Source: Dehalococcoidia bacterium (GTDB taxonomy: Bacteria; Chloroflexota; Dehalococcoidia; Lucifugimonadales; UBA3495). From it: 64,000 nucleotides of DNA. A program made the position numbers and the translations under genes. How positions within the stretch are numbered: the stretch's first letter is position 1; every line of letters begins with the position of its first letter. Below, one piece after another: positions 20,260 to 30,911 of the stretch. The stretch lies in contig CBDDQX010000002.1 of the NCBI GenBank assembly GCA_965232885.1, positions 567,868 through 631,867 on the forward strand. The letters run 5' to 3'. The notes beneath the pieces are model-generated. The model did not search any database, was not told the DNA's origin, and saw only the letters and a program-made list of their open reading frames with translations.

Positions 20260-21897
20260 CTACACCAGCGCGCCGAAGCCGTCCGGTATTGCTACCTCGA
20301 CGAGGTGGGTCTTGCCCGAGGCAATAGCGGACTCCAGGGCCGGGCCAAGTTCGGCCACGGAAGACACGCGGGTTGCGCCGAAGCCGTAGGAGTCGAACAG
20401 CTTGGCGAAGTCGGGGTTGACCAGATCGGTGGCGAAGAGGCGGTCGCCGAAGCGGTCCTGCTGGTACTTCTTCAGCACGCCCCAAGCGTTGTCGTTGAAC
20501 ATCAGGATGACCGGGTGGATGTCGTACTGGGCCGCGGTGGCCAGTTCCTGGAAATTGTACTGGAAGCCGCCATCGCCGGTAACGCAGACTACCGGGCTGT
20601 CGGGTTGACCTACCTTTGCGCCAAGCCCCGCAGGGAAAGCGAATCCGAGGCCAGCCCAGCCGTGGGGGTGCATATATTTGCGCGGGCCGTAGATGGGCAG
20701 GCAGCGGGCGGCGCGGCTGGCGGGGACCGTCGGGTCCAGCGAGAATACGGTTTCCCTCGGAGTCGCCTCGCGGACAGCCTCAAACACCCTCAGCTCATTG
20801 CCCCACGTTTCTTGCAGGTTGCGGTGGATGTCCTTCTTCACCGATGCCACTTCGTCAACGTAGGACTGGCCTTTGCTGACGTCGCTGTCGCCGATGGCGT
20901 CGAGCCACTGGCGGGCCACGGCCTGAGAGTTGGCGACTATGGGGATGGTAGCGTCGTAGTTCCTGCCGATGGACTCGCCGTCCAGCAGAACATGAACGAC
21001 GGCCTCCGGCAGCTTCAACTGGACGCCTGTGGTGGAGCGGTGGGGCATTACGGAGCCGAGGATGACTACGGCATCGCAGGTGGACAACCAGTCCTGCGCC
21101 GGGTTTTCGCCCCAGATGCGCCGCCCCAGCATCTGACCGAGGGATAGCGGATGATCTTCGGGGAAAGCGCCCTTGGCTCCGTCAGTGGTAACGACCGGCG
21201 CGCCCAGCGTCTCAGCCAAGCGGACAATCTCTTCCGTGCCGCCGAGCATCTGGACTTCTTCGCCCACGATGATGGCGGGCCGTCTGGCCTTGAGCAGCAA
21301 CTGTAGGGCTTGCTCCACCATAGCCGGGTCGCCTTGGGGTACGCCGGCGTCGCGGGGGCCAAGAACTTCGATATCGGCGCTGTTGCCCAGCAGATCGGTG
21401 GGCAGCTCCAGCTCGATGGGGCGGGGGCGACGGTTCTGGAAACGCTGGAACGCTTCCAGAAGATGGTCGGGGATGGCTTCGATTTCGCCAATCATGGCGT
21501 TCCAGTCGGTTACGGCTTCGAACATGCCCAACTGGTTCTTGGTCTCGTGGGTGGTGTTGCGGCCTTGAGCGATGAAGTCGCTCTCCACGTTGGTGGTGAC
21601 CTGAAGCAGGGGTGAGCCTGAGAAGTACGCCTCGCCCATAGCGCCCACCGAGTCGGCTGCCCCGGGGCCGGTGCTGGTGATGAGAACACCGGGCTTGCCT
21701 GTGGCGCGGGCGTAACCGTCGGCCATGAAGCCGCAGCCCAGCTCCAGCCGTCCGCCGATGAACCGCAGGCTGTCCTGCCGGTCAAACAAGGCGTCGAAGA
21801 GGTCGAGATTATGTATGCTGATGATACCGAATACGGTATCAACGCCCTGGGCCTTCAGGGACTCGGCAATGGCTTGGCCGCCAGTGAGGTTGGGCAC
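20260..21897 (-). CDS. Thiamine pyrophosphate-binding protein
   Basis: MADGYARATG, TGPG, GDGG...NDN. Confidence 0.9.
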   Translation of the reverse strand: MPNLTGGQAIAESLKAQGVDTVFGIISIHNLDLFDALFDRQDSLRFIGGRLELGCGFMADGYARATGKPGVLITSTGPGAADSVGAMGEAYFSGSPLLQVTTNVESDFIAQGRNTTHETKNQLGMFEAVTDWNAMIGEIEAIPDHLLEAFQRFQNRRPRPIELELPTDLLGNSADIEVLGPRDAGVPQGDPAMVEQALQLLLKARRPAIIVGEEVQMLGGTEEIVRLAETLGAPVVTTDGAKGAFPEDHPLSLGQMLGRRIWGENPAQDWLSTCDAVVILGSVMPHRSTTGVQLKLPEAVVHVLLDGESIGRNYDATIPIVANSQAVARQWLDAIGDSDVSKGQSYVDEVASVKKDIHRNLQETWGNELRVFEAVREATPRETVFSLDPTVPASRAARCLPIYGPRKYMHPHGWAGLGFAFPAGLGAKVGQPDSPVVCVTGDGGFQYNFQELATAAQYDIHPVILMFNDNAWGVLKKYQQDRFGDRLFATDLVNPDFAKLFDSYGFGATRVSSVAELGPALESAIASGKTHLVEVAIPDGFGALV

Positions 21898-21912
21898 GGC
21901 TATTCTCCTTAG

Positions 21913-22332
21913 CTATATGGTGAGTTCGGCAGGAATCAAGCGGCGATATTTGGCGTCGGCGGCCAAGGCAAAGGTCTCCAGGGCCATTGCCCCGAGCAGA
22001 ACTTTACGGCTGTCCGGGCCGAATATGACTTGGACATTATCACGTTCCCCTTGCAGCTCCATTTCCGCCCACGCGATGGGAAGTTCCCGCCTGGAACCGT
22101 CGGCAAAACTGAATAACAGCGTTTCTTCGCGTTCTATGCCCAACTCATCCAGGATTGGCGCTGGAATTACGGTATACGACGCGCCAGTGTCCACCACTCC
22201 GCGTAAGGCTCTGGTTCGCGTCCTGTCGCGGTTCCCAATCACGAAGTCAACGCTGAAGGTTCCCACTTCACCTCCGACCGTGGTTCCAGGCAGGATAATC
22301 CAATCCGCAGGGGTTTGCTGTGTTTGCGTCAT
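21913..22332 (-). CDS. Clan AA (retropepsin-like) aspartyl protease
   Basis: VDTGA catalytic motif; LLGAMALE. Confidence 0.85.
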   Translation of the reverse strand: MTQTQQTPADWIILPGTTVGGEVGTFSVDFVIGNRDRTRTRALRGVVDTGASYTVIPAPILDELGIEREETLLFSFADGSRRELPIAWAEMELQGERDNVQVIFGPDSRKVLLGAMALETFALAADAKYRRLIPAELTI

Positions 22333-22348
22333 ATTACCTTCATGCCCT

Positions 22349-23713
22349 CTACAACAGCAGGCTTACGGGCTTTTCCAGCAGACGTTTGATCTCCATCAGG
22401 AACTGGGCGGCCTCGGCTCCATCAGCCACACGGTGGTCAACCGACAGGGTCGCCTTCATAATCTCGGCGATGGCTAACTGGCCGTCGCGGGCTACGGGCT
22501 GCTCTTTCACGGCGCCCACGGCGAGAATGGCCGCGTGGGGCGGGAAGATGATGGCGGTGAAGCTGTCCACGTCGAACATACCCAGGTTGCTGACGCTGTA
22601 TGTCGTGCCGGTGTATTCCTCGGCCTGCAACCTGCCGTTGTTGGCGCGGTCTATCAGGTCGCGGCTGGCGGCGGCAATCTGGGACAGCGTTTTGCTCTCG
22701 CATTCCGGTATGCCGGGAACGATGAGGCCCGACTCTAGGGCAATAGCGATGCCCACGTTGATTGACGGATTCATCTGCAGATAGTCGCCGCGGTAGAAGG
22801 AGTTGAACTTCGGATGTTTGCCGATGGCCAAGGCCGACGCCTTGACGATGAGGTCATTAACGCTGACCCGGCTGGAGGCCGGCAACTCGTCGTTTATGTC
22901 GCGTCGCAGGGCCATCGCGGCAGTCATATCAACGTCAACGGCGACGTAGAAATGCGGGGCCTCGCGCTTGCTGCCGGAGGTGACGCTGGCGATGGCCTGG
23001 CGCATACGAGAGAGATCATCTCGTCCCGTTCCTTCAGGCGCAGGCGGCGCTTCCGCGGGAGCCGGAGCGAGATCAGCGGTCGGCTGCGGCGCGGAGGCAG
23101 CGGCGTTAATGTCGGCTTCAACAATGCGTCCGCCGGGACCGGTGCCGGTTACAGAGGCCAGGTCTATGTCCCGCTCGCGTGCCAGGCGGCGGGCCAGTGG
23201 CGACGCGAGGACACGGCCAGCTTCGGCAGCAACACGAGCCTGGTCGGCAGCAGCGATGACGTCTGCTTCAACGATGCGCCCACCGGGTCCGCTGCCGGTT
23301 ACCGCCGCCAAGTCTACTCCACGCTCGCGGGCCAGGCGGCGGGCTATGGGCGAGGCGCGAACTTCCCCGGCGGGAGCGGCTGCAGCGGGCGCAGGCGCAG
23401 TGGGAGCGGGCTCAGAGGCAGGGTCAGACGGCGCGGCCTCGGCAGGAGCGGCGAGGTCATCGGGCAGGGCTTCGTCGGCGTCGCCGATGACGGCTATGAG
23501 CTGGCCAACCGGCACGGCTTCACCCTCACCGGCGACAATACGGCGCAACACGCCCCCGGTGGTGGGTTTGAATTCTACAACCGCCTTGTCGGTCTCAATC
23601 TCTGCTATGACTTCGTTGGCAACAACCTCGTCGCCTTCCTGCTTGACCCAGCGCACGACGGTGCCTTCGCGCATATCGTATCCCAACTGCGGCATGACAA
23701 TGGACGTAGCCAA
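22349..23713 (-). CDS. Dihydrolipoamide acyltransferase (E2) with two E3-binding domains
   Basis: Lipoyl ETDKA; two ASPxARRLARE...GPGGRI repeats; catalytic DHRVADG. Confidence 0.92.
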   Translation of the reverse strand: MATSIVMPQLGYDMREGTVVRWVKQEGDEVVANEVIAEIETDKAVVEFKPTTGGVLRRIVAGEGEAVPVGQLIAVIGDADEALPDDLAAPAEAAPSDPASEPAPTAPAPAAAAPAGEVRASPIARRLARERGVDLAAVTGSGPGGRIVEADVIAAADQARVAAEAGRVLASPLARRLARERDIDLASVTGTGPGGRIVEADINAAASAPQPTADLAPAPAEAPPAPEGTGRDDLSRMRQAIASVTSGSKREAPHFYVAVDVDMTAAMALRRDINDELPASSRVSVNDLIVKASALAIGKHPKFNSFYRGDYLQMNPSINVGIAIALESGLIVPGIPECESKTLSQIAAASRDLIDRANNGRLQAEEYTGTTYSVSNLGMFDVDSFTAIIFPPHAAILAVGAVKEQPVARDGQLAIAEIMKATLSVDHRVADGAEAAQFLMEIKRLLEKPVSLLL

Positions 23714-23846
23714 CGCTGTCTCCTTTCCCGTTCACAGACCGTACTTTGGAGTCTGGGAGTGTTTTGGTAGATATTAAAGCAAGGCGCAGGTATGGGCAAC
23801 CGCAACGGGCGGCTCCTGCTCGCTGGTGTTCCTCGCCCAAAAGAAA

Positions 23847-23868
23847 GGAGCGCCTCAGTGGGCGCTCC
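23847..23868 (-). terminator. Intrinsic terminator after korB
   Basis: GGAGCGCC-loop-GGCGCTCC followed by TTTCTTTT on the minus strand. Confidence 0.6.
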
Positions 23869-23898
23869 TCAACGATTCCCCGAAAAGCCCGTAGCCTA

Positions 23899-24804
23899 CT
23901 ACATCATGCGCTGGATGATGCGCTGGGCCTGGTCTTCGCTTAAGCCGAGAGGGCGGTGAGCCAACGGCCCTTCCTTGGACAACACCGGCTCGGCTTCAAC
24001 CAGCGAGACGGATTCCTTCTGGAAGAACAGGCCGGTGTAGATGGTGTCGCCCCACTGCAATGCTTTTTCGCAAGCGGTTTTCCAGTCAGATGGGTTGTGC
24101 TCTTCGTCTTCCAGCTTGACGATGCGGTCCTTGAAGAAATCGTGGGTATTGTCCCGATTAAAGGTGACGCATGGGCTGAACACGTCAATGAGGGCGAATC
24201 CCTTGTGATTGACAGCCCCCTTGATGAGCTCGGTCAACTGACGGACGTCGCCGCTGTAGCCGCGGGCAACATAGGTCGCGCCGTTCATAATGGAGCTGGT
24301 GATGGGGTTGACAGGGGCTTCCACGCTGCCGTGGGGAGTGCTCTTGGTGCTCATTCCATAGCTGCTGGTAGGCGAGACCTGTCCGGTCGTAAGGCCGTAG
24401 ATCTGGTTGTTCATCACGACGTAGGTCAGGTCTATGTTGCGGCGGGCGGAGTGGGCGAAGTGGTTGCCGCCAATGCCATATCCATCGCCGTCGCCTCCGG
24501 TGACGAACACGGTCAGATCATGATTCGCCAGCTTTGCGCCGGTCGCCACCGCCAAGGATCGCCCGTGGAGGGTGTGCATCCCGTAGGAGTTGAAATAGCC
24601 CGGCAGGTTAGAGGAGCAACCGATGCCGCTGACGGTCAGTATCTCATGGGGTTGCAACCCCATCTCAGCGCAGGCGCGTTGCAGTGAGTTGAGCACTCCG
24701 AAGTCACCGCATCCCGGGCACCAGTCGGGATTGACCTGCCCTCTGAAATCTCTGGCAGTCAACTGAATTTCGGGCCTGCCGTTAGCCACACCTACGGTTG
24801 CCAT
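23899..24804 (-). CDS. korB: 2-oxoacid:ferredoxin oxidoreductase beta subunit
   Basis: WCPGCGD, GIGCS, LHGR, GGDGD, SPC; substrate not determined. Confidence 0.9.
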   Translation of the reverse strand: MATVGVANGRPEIQLTARDFRGQVNPDWCPGCGDFGVLNSLQRACAEMGLQPHEILTVSGIGCSSNLPGYFNSYGMHTLHGRSLAVATGAKLANHDLTVFVTGGDGDGYGIGGNHFAHSARRNIDLTYVVMNNQIYGLTTGQVSPTSSYGMSTKSTPHGSVEAPVNPITSSIMNGATYVARGYSGDVRQLTELIKGAVNHKGFALIDVFSPCVTFNRDNTHDFFKDRIVKLEDEEHNPSDWKTACEKALQWGDTIYTGLFFQKESVSLVEAEPVLSKEGPLAHRPLGLSEDQAQRIIQRMM

Positions 24805-24955
24805 TGCATCACCTCTTTCGCCAAAACTTGCGGACTCCGCCGCCGGGTTCCGCACTGTTGCATTTCACCTGTTCATCCTGAGCCTGTCGAAGGATAAATA
24901 GGTGATGACCTTCACCCTCTCTCTTGATGGAGAAGGGTATTTTCTTTACATCTGC

Positions 24956-26731
24956 CTAGACGATTACTTCCTGGTAAGGTACGTAGCTGCTTACCTTATC
25001 CGCTACTTGTTCCATCACCCCGTCGGCGATGTGGTGGGGCATGAACGGTTCTCCGTCGTACTTCCGAATGTGACCGTGAGCGGCAAATCCGGTCTCGCTG
25101 CGCAGGAAGCGGGCGAACTGGCCGGAGTAGCTGTTTTCCACAATGATTACGCGCTTCGCACTGGTCAGGATGCCATTTACATGGTCGGCGTGGAAAGGAA
25201 TTATCCACTTGATGGCTAACTGGTTGGCGGTTACGCCCCGCTCGGTCAGCAGTTCAATGGCTTCCTTGATAGTGCCTTGAGTGGAACCCCAACCAACAAG
25301 AGTCACCTCTGCGTCTTCCGGGCCTTCCAACTCAGGTGGGGCGACCAGGGAATGCGCGTTCTGCATCTTGCGGCCACGCTTTTCCACCATCATCCGGCGC
25401 TTGTGGGGGTTGGTGAACTCGTCGCTGATAAGGGTGGAGTCCTCGTCGTGCTCGTCGGTGGCAACGACGTGAACGTGTCCTTCAAGGCCGGGAATCGCGC
25501 GGGGAGAGACGCCGCTTTCGGTGTTCTGGTAGCGTTTGTAGCCGTTGGCGGGGGAAGGCTCGGTGATGAGCTGGCCCCGGTCAATAGTGGGGTGCATATC
25601 TATGGCGTCCGGGTCAACGCTGTACCGGCCTTCGGAAATGAGCAGGTCGGAAATCAGGATACCCGGGCACTGGAGTTTGTCGGTGAGGTTGAACAATTCC
25701 GGCGTGGTGTTAAAGGCGTCCAGCGCGTTGTAGGGGGCCACCACCAGCCGTTCGTAATCACCCTGGCTGGCTCCCAGCACCTGCCAGAGATCGCCCTGCT
25801 CCGTTTTGGTGGGAACGCCAGTGGATGGCCCAGCGCGCTGAACATCGATGTATACGACCGGAATTTCCATCATGCCGGCTGCGCCGACGGCCTCGGTCAT
25901 CAAGGCGAAGCCGCCGCCGGAGGTGGCGCACATGGAGCGGACGCCGGTGTGAGCCGCTCCAATGACCATGTTGGAGACGCCGATTTCGTCCTCCACCTGG
26001 CGAACCATGATGCCCAGGTTGCGGGCGTTGGAGGCCATCCAGTGCAGGACGCCGGAGGCCGGGCTCATTGGGTAGGCGGCATAGAACTTGACGCCGGCCG
26101 CGGCTCCTCCCATAGCGATGGCCTCGTTGCCGGACCACACGGCGAGAGGTTTGCCGCCCACGGGCATGGGCTGCGCGAAAGGCTGGAAATTCGTCTCTGA
26201 GTAATCGAAGCCGGCGCGGGCAACCTCAATGTTCTGGTCCACCACCTGCTGGCCTTGACGGGCGAAACGCAACTCCAGGCTGTCTTGCAGTATCTGGAAG
26301 TCGAGGCCCATCAGGGAAACCACCGCGCCCATCATCACGGTATTCTGGATGAGACGGTTGCGGCTCTGGGTCAGTTCACCGACAGGAATGGCGCAGAGGT
26401 CACCTCCGCTGGACTCTCCGGGAGTAACCGAGTCGCCGTTGAACAGCACCCGGCCGCCGGAACCGATATGCCGCTGGTGCCGGTCCATGGTGTCCTGGTT
26501 CAGGCACAGCAAAAGGTCCATCTTGTCGCCGTGGCTGAAAACTTCCTGGTCGCAGATACGGAGGGTAAGGAAGATGTGTCCGCCGCGGATGATGGACTGG
26601 TAGGCGTTGTAGGTGCTGAGATGCAGCCCTCGCCGGACGATAATGCGGGCGAAAATGTCGCCGGGGGTAGCAATACCCTGCCCGGCTTCGCCGCCGATGC
26701 CCATTGCGAAATCAAACTTGCCCGATGCCAT
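24956..26731 (-). CDS. korA: 2-oxoacid:acceptor oxidoreductase alpha subunit (fused gamma-alpha)
   Basis: GGEAGQG, IRGG, YPMSP, EDEI, TSGGGF, QRAGPSTGVPT. Confidence 0.9.
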   Translation of the reverse strand: MASGKFDFAMGIGGEAGQGIATPGDIFARIIVRRGLHLSTYNAYQSIIRGGHIFLTLRICDQEVFSHGDKMDLLLCLNQDTMDRHQRHIGSGGRVLFNGDSVTPGESSGGDLCAIPVGELTQSRNRLIQNTVMMGAVVSLMGLDFQILQDSLELRFARQGQQVVDQNIEVARAGFDYSETNFQPFAQPMPVGGKPLAVWSGNEAIAMGGAAAGVKFYAAYPMSPASGVLHWMASNARNLGIMVRQVEDEIGVSNMVIGAAHTGVRSMCATSGGGFALMTEAVGAAGMMEIPVVYIDVQRAGPSTGVPTKTEQGDLWQVLGASQGDYERLVVAPYNALDAFNTTPELFNLTDKLQCPGILISDLLISEGRYSVDPDAIDMHPTIDRGQLITEPSPANGYKRYQNTESGVSPRAIPGLEGHVHVVATDEHDEDSTLISDEFTNPHKRRMMVEKRGRKMQNAHSLVAPPELEGPEDAEVTLVGWGSTQGTIKEAIELLTERGVTANQLAIKWIIPFHADHVNGILTSAKRVIIVENSYSGQFARFLRSETGFAAHGHIRKYDGEPFMPHHIADGVMEQVADKVSSYVPYQEVIV

Positions 26732-26933
26732 CTAAACGCTCCTCCAATCCGTACCGCGTCTACGCATTCACGTAGACGGAACTTTTCGGTTGAATACCGT
26801 TTGTGCCTAGAACGGCCTCAGTATACCGCCGCTCTCAACCCTAGACAAATGATTTGCCGGATACTGCCAAAATCAACGTCTTTGTTTACGAAATTCATAT
26901 ACAGCATCCCGTCATTGCGCTCCGCCTGTATCG

Positions 26934-28325
26934 CTACATATGAACGGCCCGGCCCTGAGCCGATAACGCGGCCTCCTTGAGCATCTCGGACAAGGACGGG
27001 TGCGGGTGCACCGTCCAGCCCAATTCCAGGGTGGTGCCCTCCAGCATTCGGGTCATGGACAACTCGCCCAACAACTCGGTGACTTCCGGCCCGATCATGT
27101 GGCCACCAAGAAGTTCGCCGTAGCGGGAATCCACCACCAGCTTGACCATGCCCTCTGTCTCTCCCATGGCCAGGGCCTTTCCGTTGGCAAGAGCGTTGAA
27201 TACGCCGACGCTGACTTCGTAACCTTGTTCCCGGGCCTGTGCTTCGGTCAGGCCGAAGCTGGCAATCTGTGGGTTGCAGTAGGTGGTGCGAGGCATATTC
27301 ACGTAGTCCATCGGCTGAGGTTCCATGCCCATGATGTGCTCAACGGCGGTGACAGCCTGGGCAGAAGCCACGTGGGCCAAAGGCATCTTGCCGGTGACAT
27401 CGCCGATGGCGTAGACCCCCGGCGCGCCGGTCGCTAGGAATTCGTCAACGACGATTCCCGTGCGGTCAACGGCTACGCCTGCCGCATCCAGCCCCATATC
27501 TTCCACATTGGGCTGAACGCCCACAGCCACCAATACCATACCGGCCTCAATGGACTGCGTCTCTCCGCCCTGTTCCACCGACACTGTTACTCCGCCGGGC
27601 CGGGTCTGGACTCCGGTGACCCCGGCGCCGGTGAGGATGTTCATGCCCAGGCCCTTGAATGAGCGTTCCAGTTGGGCGCTGATGTCCTCATCTTCGTTGG
27701 GCACCAGCCGGGGCAGAAGTTCGACGATGGTGACGTCTACGCCGTACATCGCGTAGATGTAGGCAAACTCCACGCCGATGGCGCCGCCGCCAACGATAAC
27801 CATGGATGAGGGCAGGTCTGTGAGGATGATGGACTCGCGGCTGGATATGATGCGGTTGCCATCCACGGGCAGGGAGGGGATGGAGCGGGGGCGGGAGCCG
27901 GTGGCGATTATGACGTTCTTGGCTTCGATGACGGTTCCCTGCGGCTCTACCGATACCCGGTTGGGGGCGACCAAGCGTCCCGTGCCTTCAATATGCTCCA
28001 CGCCGTTCTTCCGCAGCAGGAAGCGCACTCCCCGGGTGTTGCGGTCCACCACCCGGCGGCTGCGAGACATGGCAACTTCGTAGTCGGCGTGGAATCCATC
28101 GAACTTCAACCCGAATTCCTCGGAACGCCGGACGTAGGAAACTATCTCCGCATTCTTTAGCAGGGCCTTGGTGGGGATGCAGCCCCAGTTGAGGCAGGTG
28201 CCGCCCAGCGCTTCCCTTTCTATGATGGCGGCCTTCAGTCCGAGTTGTCCCGCCCTTATGGCCGCGACGTATCCGCCAGGGCCTGAGCCGATTACCACAA
28301 GGTCATAACTAGATTCCATCCCCAT
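26934..28325 (-). CDS. lpdA: Dihydrolipoyl dehydrogenase (E3)
   Basis: GSGPGG, GGTCLNWGCIP, HPHPSLSE. Confidence 0.95.
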   Translation of the reverse strand: MGMESSYDLVVIGSGPGGYVAAIRAGQLGLKAAIIEREALGGTCLNWGCIPTKALLKNAEIVSYVRRSEEFGLKFDGFHADYEVAMSRSRRVVDRNTRGVRFLLRKNGVEHIEGTGRLVAPNRVSVEPQGTVIEAKNVIIATGSRPRSIPSLPVDGNRIISSRESIILTDLPSSMVIVGGGAIGVEFAYIYAMYGVDVTIVELLPRLVPNEDEDISAQLERSFKGLGMNILTGAGVTGVQTRPGGVTVSVEQGGETQSIEAGMVLVAVGVQPNVEDMGLDAAGVAVDRTGIVVDEFLATGAPGVYAIGDVTGKMPLAHVASAQAVTAVEHIMGMEPQPMDYVNMPRTTYCNPQIASFGLTEAQAREQGYEVSVGVFNALANGKALAMGETEGMVKLVVDSRYGELLGGHMIGPEVTELLGELSMTRMLEGTTLELGWTVHPHPSLSEMLKEAALSAQGRAVHM

Positions 28326-28490
28326 CCTCAGAAGGCGCGTCCGCGTCGCAGAAGTCCTGAACTGTCAAACCAACAGGCGGATTATAGCCGCGCCCCGGCA
28401 AATGGCACAATACGAATAAGCTAGAATACGATTTCAACATATACTTGTAAGAGTGCGTTTGAAACCTGCCTCCATGCTGACGGAGTCCGC

Positions 28491-30842
28491 TTGACCCATC
28501 CATGCCATTCCGCCCTTTGGCTGGCCGCAGCCTTTCCCGGCATCGTCCTGGCCGCGATATTGTCGGCGTGCGGCGGGCCAACACCTTCGCCGGCTGGACA
28601 ACCGCCACAGGCAACGGCAGCGTCGTCAGCAGCCCATACCGCCGTGCCGTTCGCTACGCCCTCGGTTTCGCCCCCCAGTCCACCGCTCGCTGTAACCTCC
28701 GCAGCGCCTGCCTCTATCCCGGCCCAGACGCTTATTCTCCCGGCCCCAAGTCCGACGCCAAGCCCTTTACTAAATAGTCCCTTGCCTGCTCCGGCGTTCC
28801 CTAGCCCCACTCTGCACCCATACATCTCGGATTGGGTCAAGGAGCGCATTGAAACCGTGATCGGACTCTACCGCCCCACTCCGGCCGGCGAGGCCCTGCT
28901 CCGCAGCCTGGACCTGCGGCAGATGCGGGGCGAACCGGGCTTTTTCGGCAGCTACGGGTTCGGGCAGTGGGCTGGCGTCGGCGAAGCAAAGCCCGTTCCC
29001 ACAATGCACGAGATGATGCACTCATACTGGGGCGGCTTTCCGGTAATCGGACGGCCCGAATTAGGTTGGGACCGGGAGGAAGGACAGCACACAGCGCCAG
29101 CGATGGCCAGCTATCATCGGGACATACTGACCTTTATGGCACAGCCGCCGGATGATTACGAAATGCTGAGGCAGCGGCTCCGCAACATCCCGGGGATTTC
29201 CCGCGAAAACACCAAACCGCTGTTTCACAGTCTTGAGGCCGACCTTCCATACACCACCGGCGGAGACCTGGGGCTGGTTCCACCCATCCTGCGCAAGTAT
29301 TGGGGCTATTTTCTCGCCGACGGACCATTTCATACCTGGGAGCGAGCGGCGGGCTGGTACCGGTCGTTGTCCCATGATCAACGTTCCATTGCTGACAAAT
29401 TCCTGGGATTTCAGCACTTCGACCTGCAGGAATACGTCAACGACATGACCTACCCGACGACCGGCGAGCCGCTGTCCACTGCCGCCCCAAAACTAGCAGG
29501 AGAGGAGCGGCAGCGTCTCACCGACTTGGCGGAACAGTTCGACCTGTTGCTGGGCGATGCGCAACTGGAGGAAGACTTCCAGTTCTGGCGGGTTTATCTG
29601 CAAGACAAAATGCACCTGCATCGCGCTCATCCAGGGCATCTCGATTCCCTGGATTTGCCGAGGGCCGGGGACATCGCGGACGCTCTGGAGTTCCTGTCTG
29701 CTCTGGAAGGAAGCCCAGAGGAGCAGGCTTCGATTCTGGCAGGAGGTATCTCAAACCAGCCGTTCCTCGTGAATTTCCTGCCCGCAGTGGACAACGGAAC
29801 GCTGGTGAGGCTGTTCGCGGACGGGGCGGACTTGCCCGACGGCCCAACGCTGCAAGCCACTGCCAGCTTCGTGGAGCGGCTCCGGCGTTTCTCAGCCGAA
29901 GTAGACCGCGCCCTGGCCGAGGGCCGGGAATTGCCGGAAAACGGAGCACGGGCGGTGGAGGTATTTCTGGCTGAAACCGGGGTTGAGCAGGAGCAGGACC
30001 TGCGGTTGTTCTTCGACCTGTTCCACGAGGCAGCCCCGGTTACTGCTCGAAGCACGATGGCATCTGCCAGCAAGGAGACGGTTCGCAAACTGATGCCCGT
30101 GGTTCCGGCACAGTTGCGCGCAATGCTGGGACCGGAGGCGCTGCTGGAAAAGCTGGACGTCACAGCGGACGCCCATGAAGCGAACCTCAAACGGGGAATC
30201 CGTCTGCTTATTGAGGAAGCATCCGGCAACTACCGGATTGAAGAGCCGTTCCTGGAGCGCCTCTACGAGGTGATGGCGAATAAAGCGCAACTCTCCCCGG
30301 GCGAGACGGCTCGAGTGGTGTCCGAAACGCCGTTCCCGCTGGAAGGTATGATCACGAATCAGCCAGACGCGGCGGTTGCCATACTCTCCGACAATCCCGC
30401 GCTGTCCATTGAGCTGATAAGGTACAGCGACAAGATCGTTGCTCCGTCCGCCCGCATCATCTACCGTCTGGTGCAGGCAAACCCTGACTTTGCTGCCGAC
30501 ATGATAGTCGCCTTAGACCGAGCCGGAGAGCAAGATATTGTCGTGGAGGCACTGGCATACTTCGCTTATGACAAAGCGCGGTCCGAGAAGTATCCGAAAC
30601 TCCCCATTTCATTGAGCCGGGACGGAGCTTTCCTGGAATCGCTGATGGAGAGGCAAGGAGCTGAATGGCTGCAAACCAGGCTCGGCGAATCAGCGGAGCT
30701 TTACCGCCTGCGAGAGTCAGCAGGAGAGGTAACGCCGGATTTCCTGGAGCGTTACCGCCAGACGTTGGAAGCTGCCGCAGACACCCTCAGCCTGAAATCC
30801 AGGGAGCGGATGATGGCGGTTATCCGTACCGAGTTCGATTAG
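28491..30842 (+). CDS. Hypothetical lipoprotein with Pro/Ser-rich linker and HExxH motif
   Basis: Lipobox LSAC; low-complexity linker; HEMMH. Confidence 0.6.
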   Translation: MTHPCHSALWLAAAFPGIVLAAILSACGGPTPSPAGQPPQATAASSAAHTAVPFATPSVSPPSPPLAVTSAAPASIPAQTLILPAPSPTPSPLLNSPLPAPAFPSPTLHPYISDWVKERIETVIGLYRPTPAGEALLRSLDLRQMRGEPGFFGSYGFGQWAGVGEAKPVPTMHEMMHSYWGGFPVIGRPELGWDREEGQHTAPAMASYHRDILTFMAQPPDDYEMLRQRLRNIPGISRENTKPLFHSLEADLPYTTGGDLGLVPPILRKYWGYFLADGPFHTWERAAGWYRSLSHDQRSIADKFLGFQHFDLQEYVNDMTYPTTGEPLSTAAPKLAGEERQRLTDLAEQFDLLLGDAQLEEDFQFWRVYLQDKMHLHRAHPGHLDSLDLPRAGDIADALEFLSALEGSPEEQASILAGGISNQPFLVNFLPAVDNGTLVRLFADGADLPDGPTLQATASFVERLRRFSAEVDRALAEGRELPENGARAVEVFLAETGVEQEQDLRLFFDLFHEAAPVTARSTMASASKETVRKLMPVVPAQLRAMLGPEALLEKLDVTADAHEANLKRGIRLLIEEASGNYRIEEPFLERLYEVMANKAQLSPGETARVVSETPFPLEGMITNQPDAAVAILSDNPALSIELIRYSDKIVAPSARIIYRLVQANPDFAADMIVALDRAGEQDIVVEALAYFAYDKARSEKYPKLPISLSRDGAFLESLMERQGAEWLQTRLGESAELYRLRESAGEVTPDFLERYRQTLEAAADTLSLKSRERMMAVIRTEFD

Positions 30843-30911
30843 GCGGAATTGTTACGGTGCGGCGTTTCTGTTAACATTGGCACTGCTTGGTTCGTACTCT
30901 ATCGCGCGAGG

